Assembly (NCBI RefSeq): GCF_009914755.1
Contig: NC_060936.1
Origin: the human T2T-CHM13v2.0 reference genome, Homo sapiens
Reading direction: 5' to 3' (one strand)
Length of the DNA stretch: 64,000 nt
The notes beneath the pieces were generated by a model, which made no database searches, had not been told where the DNA came from, and saw nothing but the letters and a program-made list of their open reading frames with translations. Positions 50,835-64,000 of the stretch are shown one piece after another. The position numbers were made by a program, and so were the translations under genes. How positions within the stretch are numbered: position 1 is the stretch's first letter; each line of letters opens with the position of its first letter.

Positions 50835-50910
50835 CTGAAAGCACTGATAGAAAAGGGGGCTCTTTTTATTAAGCGCTGCTTTCCAGTGGTGAGATTCATT
50901 TGCTTCATTT
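50835..50910 (-). CDS. PARP11: PARP11 coding exon: (E)MKQMNLTTGKQRLIKRAPFSISAF(S), end of WWE domain
   Basis: 76 nt, tatacag|AA and AG|gtatgg; the same peptide appears in ORF 50678..51037. Confidence 0.96.
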
Positions 50911-52943
50911 CTGTATACAAAGACAAGATATTAGATAAGTCATAAAAGTACACTGTACTATAAAGTGTCATGAAGATTAATAGCCACGCTACGCGATGAT
51001 CAGGAATCATGGAGCTTCGGGAGTAGCTGGCAAGCATAGTGTATTATGGGTACTTTACCATGCAGCTAGCTATGTACCACGTTGTGGAGGTGTTATTCAA
51101 GGAAGCACAGCTTCATTGCTTGACGTAAGCTCACACATAAAGATGCTCATTTCATCCACTGCTCAGTATGCACGGTCTATTCCCCTTCTGTATCACACTT
51201 AGGTTAAACAGACACTAAACTAGGAGAGTTCTAAACTTAGGAAAGCTAAGAGTACTAGAAAGAGAGAAATTACAGTATTAAATGTGGTTGGTTTATTAAG
51301 AAGAAAAATGTACTTTCATCTCTCCAAAAATTTTGGAAATGATTATAAAACTTGTACAACTCACAGAATTTCAAAAATTTCTACATTTCCTGATTTCTCT
51401 TTAATTATATAACTAAACCTAAAAAATAGAAAACCTGGCTAGACCCAGTACAAACTTACATAAAAAGATTCTAGTGATAAGAGACTAAGTACTTAAAGGT
51501 ATCATTTTCTGCTTTCATCCATGCCTCAGTCATACCAATATTTACCAGGTCCATTTCTTCATTCCTCAAAGTTAAGTAGTGATTCTTAATGTAAGATTCT
51601 AGCCAGTTTATCTCATCTAATTGACATCATTCCATTTCAAAATGATTATGTTTACCCACCCAGGCTAAGGCTAGTATAAAGTGTGTTCTGTCCTTTCTGT
51701 GTTCTCCTAGACTCTACACATACTGGATTTACCACTGTTCAGGGAAAAAGCAAGATCATCTCAGCATGTGGAGCAAGACCTGTGATGCCATCTTCTTGGA
51801 CCATCTCATTTTTTAGTTTACTTTTCACCATTTTTATAGAGAAAACCTGAGTTGGCTAGTGGCAGAATGGTTGGAGCTGATAACTGCAAAGAGTACATGT
51901 GAAATGCTAATATCCATGCCTCTGAAACAGGATCATTACACAGAGGGTTGGGGAACTCCAGTTATTAGTATATGTAACTCCCATTCCTTAATAATGATAT
52001 TTTTAATAAACTCTTTTTTCTGAGAGCAAGTTTCCAAAAAGTGTAGCCTACTAAAAAATATTCTTTCAGAAACATGTGGCTTGCTGAATTACCTATCAAA
52101 TGCTTTGATACAGTTCATCCTCTACATGAGGTCTGGTGTCTGGGCATATCATTCGGTTTCAGTTCTTCCTCAAAAATACTTGTACACATGACTAAAAATG
52201 CCTACCAGATACCTTCTGCCTAGACTGCAACAGAGGGACAAATGTCAGGGCCTCTTAAATCCTGCTTATTTGCCTAATGGCATTAAAAAAAAAATGGCTT
52301 GTCACGAGCAAGGATCTAATGGTTTTTAACTCTTGATAATTAAAAAAAAAAGCAAGAAAAACAACTTTGGTGGGATAATAATTATTGCATATTTGGTTCC
52401 ATCAATCCCTTACTGGACAAATCCCCTTCACTGTTTCTGGGCCTTGGTTCAGCCAAGGGGATTTCCTAACGTTTCACCACCCTACCCAGCCACAATACAC
52501 TACTAACACTGTCATAAAGACACTACTCACAGGAATTGAGAAAGAACAGCTAAAGGACCAAGCTGTGTAGCAAACAAAATGTACTTTTATTAAGAAAGCC
52601 TCCCATCCAGGTCTTGTTTGCCTCTAAGCAATAAATAGCTGAAACTAACAGCCTGAAACTTGAGGAGCTCAGTTCATCAGGTTTTTCATGGGATACCCCA
52701 AAACATGCCCATATAACACAGATGAAATCCAAAGTGGGGCTGATTTCCAGATTATCTGGCTAATCTGTGGAAGAGCCAAATCAATCAGAAAATGACAGAA
52801 GGCAATGTCCATTAAAGAAATTGTTTTCTGACAAAGACATCGAGAGAAAGATCACTCAGCTAAAAGTTGTTCTTGAAACTATTGCCAGCTACCTATGACT
52901 TTCTCACTTAACATCTGTTTGATCCTTAAAGTAAAAAAGTTCT

Positions 52944-53241
52944 GGCCAGGCAAGGTGGCTCACGCCTGTAATCCCAGCACTTTGGGAGGTGGAGGCGGGT
53001 GGATCAGGAGGTCAGGAGTTCAAGACCAGCCTTGTCAACATGATGAAACGCTGTCTCTACTAAAAATACAAAAAAATTAGCCGGGTGTGGGGGCGGGTGC
53101 CTGTAATCCCAGCTACTCGGGAGGCTGAGGCAGAGAATTGCTTGAACCCGGGAGGCGGAGGCTGCAGTGAGCCGAGATCATGCCACTGCACACCAGCCTG
53201 GGCAACACAGTGAGACGTCTCAAAAAAAAAAAAAAAAAAAA
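52944..53241 (+). mobile_element. AluS
   Basis: TSD AAAGTAAAAA(A/T)GTTCT. Confidence 0.93.
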
Positions 53242-53587
53242 GTAAAAATGTTCTTAAATGTTCTTATCTATTTCAAAAGACTGATGGGATGAATAAAACA
53301 ACTGATACGGTGTTTTGTGTTCCTTAGAAGACAAGTATTAAATGCACTTAATATATAAGACAATCTTCACATACATTAATATATACAAACATATAAACAC
53401 ACCTTTTATAAAAGGCAATGTTGCTCAAGATTTTAAAACTTGAATTTTTATAGAGGTATTTTTGTATATAACAAAAAAGATATACTTCACTGTTTGCAAA
53501 TATATCAACTAATCCTGACCTTCAGAGCTGTAGATTTTATCATATCAATATACTAAAAACACACAACTATTAGGGAAAAAAACATAC

Positions 53588-53708
53588 CTGCAAAGTCTAT
53601 CTTGTAGCTGAATTTGGAAGTAGTAAAAGAAATGGAGCCACAAGGGTTTGTTTTGAAGCTTTTTTCGATATCTTCACTGCTAACTGAACACTGACTGTTG
53701 GTATCCGG
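53588..53708 (-). CDS. PARP11: PARP11 coding exon: PDTNSQCSVSSEDIEKSF...YKIDFA (WWE)
   Basis: 121 nt, cttaaag|CCG and GCAG|gtatgt; phase 0 to 1, consistent with neighbouring exons. Confidence 0.96.
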
Positions 53709-54039
53709 CTTTAAGACAAACCAGAAAGTTTCATTTACCAGCTGTTCACATTAATGACTTGGCCACAGAGGTGGTACTGTGGTCATAGAGACAGGGAATG
53801 GAGGGGCGAGGGAAACTTACTAATCACCTGTTCTAGTTCCCAACACACAGGGAGAATCACAACTAAGCCAGCATATTGAAAATGGTTTAAGGATCTCCAG
53901 TGAAGAGACAACTGGTTATAGTCCCCTTCAATAACAGATATATATAGAAATATAGTTATTTTTCCAGATAATTACAATTTTTACAGATTATTCCAATAAT
54001 TATACTTTCTAAGTGGCTCAAGTTAAATCTTCTTTATAT

Positions 54040-54270
54040 AGTTTAGTAGAGTAAAAAAAAGACTACAGGTTTTGAGTGCGGATTCAAATCTCAGTTTAAC
54101 TAGCTGTGTGACCCTTGACAAATTATGTCAACTTTTGTGAGTTTCACTTTCCTTGACTGTAAGACAGAATGTTAACATCTGCTTCCAAGTTACTGTGAGG
54201 ATAAGGGAGAAAATCAATGTACAACACCTAACATAATACCTGGCATACAGAAGTGTTTAATACGGATTTG
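54040..54270 (+). mobile_element. MIR
   Basis: CTAGCTGTGTGACCCTTGACAA...CCTGGCATACAGAAGTGTTTAATA. Confidence 0.7.
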
Positions 54271-54567
54271 TTCTTCCCTTTCTCTTTGTCCACCAAACCA
54301 AACTTGGAGTTGCTCAGATGTACTGACACCATGCAACTCTCAGTCACATTCACCCTCTATTGTTTCTTCTAAATAAATGAGTGTGAAAACTTGGGGAAAA
54401 GAAAAGGAAAAGCACTGGAAGAATTTCTAACTTTTCTTTTAGTTAAACAATTTTATTTCCTTAAGCTTTGACTTCAAGTTCTATATTTATACTCATTTTA
54501 CATACATCAGCAAGGTGATGCTAAGTGAATCGAAAACACTTCTGCTAAATTAAAGGAAAGGAGGTAC

Positions 54568-54696
54568 CTGAAACATGTGCCACTTCCCACATTCTGCCAA
54601 GTAAAACCAGCCCCACTGGGTATCTGACGTGTCCATGTCATCCACTTCATTGTTTGTTGTTTTAGAAAATAATTCTTCTGCTTTGTGAAACATCTC
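54568..54696 (-). CDS. PARP11: PARP11 coding exon (first in window, probably exon 2): EMFHKAEELF...WGWFYLAECGKWHMFQ, start of WWE domain; in-frame ATG at 54693-54691
   Basis: 129 nt, ttttcag|GAG acceptor and CAG|gtacct donor. The translation matches the PARP11 N-terminus as I recall it, and the WWE motif W-W-Y is visible. Confidence 0.96.
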
Positions 54697-55319
54697 CTGA
54701 AAAGCCAGAAGGAGGTGGAGGAAGAAATAATTCTATTAATAACAAGTATACTTTTTACAGATCATTTTACTTCTTTACAAAGAGTGGTATTCAAGTGTCT
54801 TTCCTCCCATGACACTTTAAAAACAGCTTTCTATCTTTCATATTGGCTCTGAAGATAAACATTAAAAATGTTGGACATCATTGCTTAACAATTTAGGCAA
54901 GTAATAATAATCTTAGGTAGAATATGCCAGTGTCTATTCAACCATTTAAGTAAGCTATATCAACATCAATAAGCACTTCAGGTTTCAGCATAGCCCCAAG
55001 CATTTTCAATTTTATCTTATGCTCATGTATTTGGTCAAAAGGACCCATGCTATCACGCTGGTTAAGATCAAATGCATCTAATTTTTATTTTAAACAGTCA
55101 TTTCATTTAATGGCATAGAAAGATATTTATATGGTGTTGAGTGTAAAAGATTACAAAAAAATAGAAATAGTATAATCCAATTTTAATAAAAATATACTTA
55201 CTCCTGTGAACGTGCCTGTATCTGTGTAAGTGTATGTAAATGTTTACACACATATATAGAAAAAAGTCTGGATGTATATATAACAATCTACCACCAGTTT
55301 TTCTAAGTGTCAGGATACA

Positions 55320-55550
55320 ATAACAATAATAGTAACCTTTATATTACTTACTACGTGCCAGCTACTGTTCTAAGGACTACACAGATGAAAATTCATTTAG
55401 GTCTCACAACAACCTAGAGACAGGTACTATCAGTACCCCAAATTTATAAATGAGGAAACTAAGGCATAGAGAGGTCATACAACGAGGAAGTCAAGATTCA
55501 AACCCAACATCCTGGCTTCAGGGTCTACGCACTTAGCCGCCGTCATATAC
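55320..55550 (-). mobile_element. MIR
   Basis: ATGAGGAAACTAAGGCATAGAGAGG...GATTCAAACCCA. Confidence 0.75.
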
Positions 55551-57929
55551 TGTCTTATACTTCATTATCAATGATTTCATAATTTTAGCTATACCAATTA
55601 ACTCACATATGCATTATCTTTGAAAAGTTTTAAACATTCTTGGTTGGGTATTGTAATGAAGAAGTCTCTAGAAAGGAGACAAAGAGGCTGGTCAAAGAAA
55701 ATTAAACTCAATCTGGAATTTGGCTTCCTGTCCTCATTCTTTGAGGGTTTTTAAATTATTAAGTTTATACAACTACTACATAAAAAATATTCTTCTTGCA
55801 AAAAATCAGAACTTTCAAAATAAAGCTAAAGACTTTTTTAACCATCACTTCCATTCCTGGTACCTTCTCACTTTTCTTCTCCAGGGTTAGCCAATGCTAT
55901 AATTTCACTGCATATCTTTCAGATCTCTCTCTCTCTCTCACTCTGTTTGTGTGTGTATAATTATACACACATAAAAACATATAGAGTTATTGATGATTTG
56001 TTAAAAATTTGATTTCCTGTATCATTGATTTTTTTAACAAAGAATATGTACTACTGGGTAATTTAGAAAATATTTGCCTTTTAATTTCATCATTTAAAAT
56101 GTCCATCCTATTTTTAGAAGCTGTAGCAACCTGGAATAAGTTTCAATTGCCTTGTCTAGGCCACAGTTGGCTCTTCACAAAATGAAAAATGATAGACTCC
56201 TTCCTCATTGGGATGTTGTTATAAATGAATGAGACAATGTTATAAATGAACGAGACAAGTTCATTTATAACAGTGCCTGACCTCAATGAAGGGGGTTTGT
56301 TATTTTTTATATATGTTTGGAAACTCAAGCAATGCTTTATGATTATTTCCCATTTTTTTCTTCATGTTTTAAATTTGGTTGGCTTCTAAGAAATGAAAAA
56401 TAGAACACCCTAGGATCAAAGCCTTCTGGTTTAGGACCCACTATTTACCTTATATATTTTAACCACATAATAAAGACAATGATTTAAAGTTTAAGACCAA
56501 ACTGTCCAGTAAACTATTCACAATTCCTACTGCTTTTTTTTATTAATGTTCATTTCATTGGGCCATTTAACTGTGAGAAAGAGAGAAGGAAAGAAAGTGT
56601 GACCTAAATTTAGTTTTTCTTCTGAAAATAACCAGAAAAATTTGGAAGAATGAGATTGGAGCTAATAGTTAAGAAAAATATTTGCCTTACGAGTTCTATC
56701 TTTTCTCTATTAGAAAAGAGAATAGAAAATAGGAAAGTTCCCTTTATACAGCATACATATAACATGTGTGCTCCGCTATAAAACACCTTACCTAAGACTT
56801 CGCTTTAGGCCAGGTTATAAATGAAAGTGTTTCAGCAACATCCTTTCAGAGCTTTCTGTTATAAATCGCTTTGGGTGGGACAGGTACCATTGTATTGAAC
56901 ATTCCTAAAGCACTTCAAATCTTATACAATTCCTTATCAAATTACACTATTTTTTTCGTCCACAATCCAATGTGCAGGAGAGATAAGTGATTATTTTCCA
57001 ATTAAAGTCAGGAAAAAAACCGAAGCAGAGAATAATACAATTTTTTGTCTAGATTCACAGCTAGCAGTACAGAGAATATTAAAGCAACACCTAAGGCCTC
57101 CTGAACATCACTTCTTCCCCTAAGTTACCAAGCCCCACTGTCTCCTTTTCACACATGGACAGTTATTTCTCCTCTCCTATGTTGCTAACATTTAGTTTAA
57201 TTGCTTTGCTTCACAGATGCTCTGGGTTTCTTTAAAAAGATGCATTTTATAAGATTAAACATTTCCATTTTCTACAGTAAGTTTTCTCTCCAAAGAAATG
57301 ACTATTTTGCATAATTATGCTCAAAGAGTTAAGTCAAATTTAAATTAATAACTTTAAAATATCGCAACCATAGTAAGAATGGCTCTAGGCTAGGACACAT
57401 TTATAGGTGATAAAAAGAATATTCACCAGTTATCGGTTATGAAGCAGGTATTTAATAATGTTAGATGAATGAACTTGTTCAGTCACAATGCCATATCCTG
57501 TCTGATTTTCCTGTTTGTAATTAGAAGCAGGCTGGGAAGAAGAAAAAGCTAGTACAAAGCGGCAAAGCATTTTGTAAAGTTTCAAGGGCAATGGGTATGC
57601 TGGTAGAGCCTGTCCGTAATGTTATCTGTTACAAAGAGAATCTTTATTTACAGAGCCTGGGAACAGTCAGTCTGAATCATCAAATTGAAAAGCTGTGTGG
57701 AAAATGAGTTTAAAGTCAAAATCCTGGTCTATATAAGGAAAATAAGGCTGCCTTCCAGACTGGTTTCAAGTTTTCTGATATAAATTTTAGTTTACTACAA
57801 CAAAGTATAATTTATTTTGTTAGCATGAGTATAGTATCTTCAGGAAATCATATTTGGTAATAACAACTTCCTTGCCTCTACATATAAAGAAGATCTCAAA
57901 CCTGATCTTAAAAGCTTAAAAATGAACGA

Positions 57930-63414
<5,485 letters not shown>

Positions 63415-64000
63415 GGGGGAGCCCCCACCCGCTCCCCGCCCCTCCGGCGCCCTCCAGCGTGGTGGGGAAACGAAAGGCCGCGTCTTTCTTTTTTGGTTTC
63501 CTCGGCTCCCGGCGTGGGGAGCGCGCGGGGGACGCAGGCCCCGCTTCACCTGAGCCGGCCCGGCGTGCGCGCCTGGGGCGGGGCTTTTCTCGCTTCACAC
63601 CGGTACAGACGAGGAAACTTGTGGGGGCGGCGACCCCCGGCCTGGGTCCTGAGTCGGGCAGCGAGGCCGTCGGGAAGTGACTACTCACTCTCGGGGTTTT
63701 CCTTAATCCCGCTCCCCCCGTTTGTCGTGGGCGCGTGTTCGCTCCGAGGAGGCGGCCGCGTACGGACAGCCATGCATTAGGCAGGGCTTCCCTACGCGCC
63801 CGGAGAGCGCGGACCGCTGCCTCGGGCCGCCGCCGCCGCCTGCCGCCTGCCGCCGCTCGCGGAGCCCGAGCCCCAGCCCGAGCCGCCGCCTACCCCAGGC
63901 CGGGGCGTCGAGCAGCCGGCGGCCTGGCCATGTGGGGCTAGCCCTCGCGCCTGGCCTGCAGCAGGACCAGCAACATGGAGGCGGCCGTCGGCGTCCCCGA
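63415..64000 (+). pseudogene. OTUD4P1: 5' part of a processed OTUD4 retrocopy (OTUD4P1/HIN1L): ~560-nt CpG-rich leader and ATG at 63975 (MEAAVGVP[D]...); continues beyond the window
   Basis: Abrupt switch from A-rich L1 ORF2 to GC-rich sequence after AAGAAAAAAAGAGAAGATCCA. AACATGG Kozak context; the peptide matches the OTUD4 N-terminus as recalled. Confidence 0.85.

Noticed and set aside
50960-51200. Possible intronic snoRNA
   Set aside because: No convincing C/D box pair with terminal stem, and no H/ACA double hairpin, could be identified by eye.
56216-56258. Small local duplications (also ~3110-3172 and ~14905-14978)
   Set aside because: Ordinary slippage duplications with no sign of function.

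Overview
Repeat-rich primate genomic DNA. From the translated exons I recognise it as human PARP11 (12p13.32, recalled rather than searched). The minus strand carries seven coding exons of PARP11 (ARTD11; WWE domain plus mono-ADP-ribosyltransferase domain) between 54696 and the TGA at 36798. They splice with canonical GT-AG sites into 999 nt: 332 codons plus stop, or 331 aa from the ATG at 54693. A ~3.2 kb 3' UTR follows and ends near an ATTAAA at 33549-33554. The first exon lies outside the window. The last ~590 bp are a CpG-rich, plus-strand processed copy of OTUD4 mRNA (MEAAVGVP...; OTUD4P1/HIN1L) inserted into an old L1 in PARP11 intron 1. Positions 1-33.5 kb are mostly interspersed repeats (L1, Alu, L2, MIR, CR1/L3, MaLR/ERVL/ERV1 LTRs, hAT MITEs). 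The most interesting observations are: (1) the intronic retrocopy-borne CpG island, which has minus-strand splice donors and two mini-uORFs; (2) an orphan ~180-bp tandem dimer at 14.0-14.3 kb with distant alpha-satellite-like motif spacing; (3) a MIR-derived poison-exon candidate and two downstream exon candidates for PARP11; (4) a twin-primed inverted L1PA; (5) a composite Alu inside one TSD. Repeat subfamily names come from remembered consensus sequences, and repeat boundaries are approximate.
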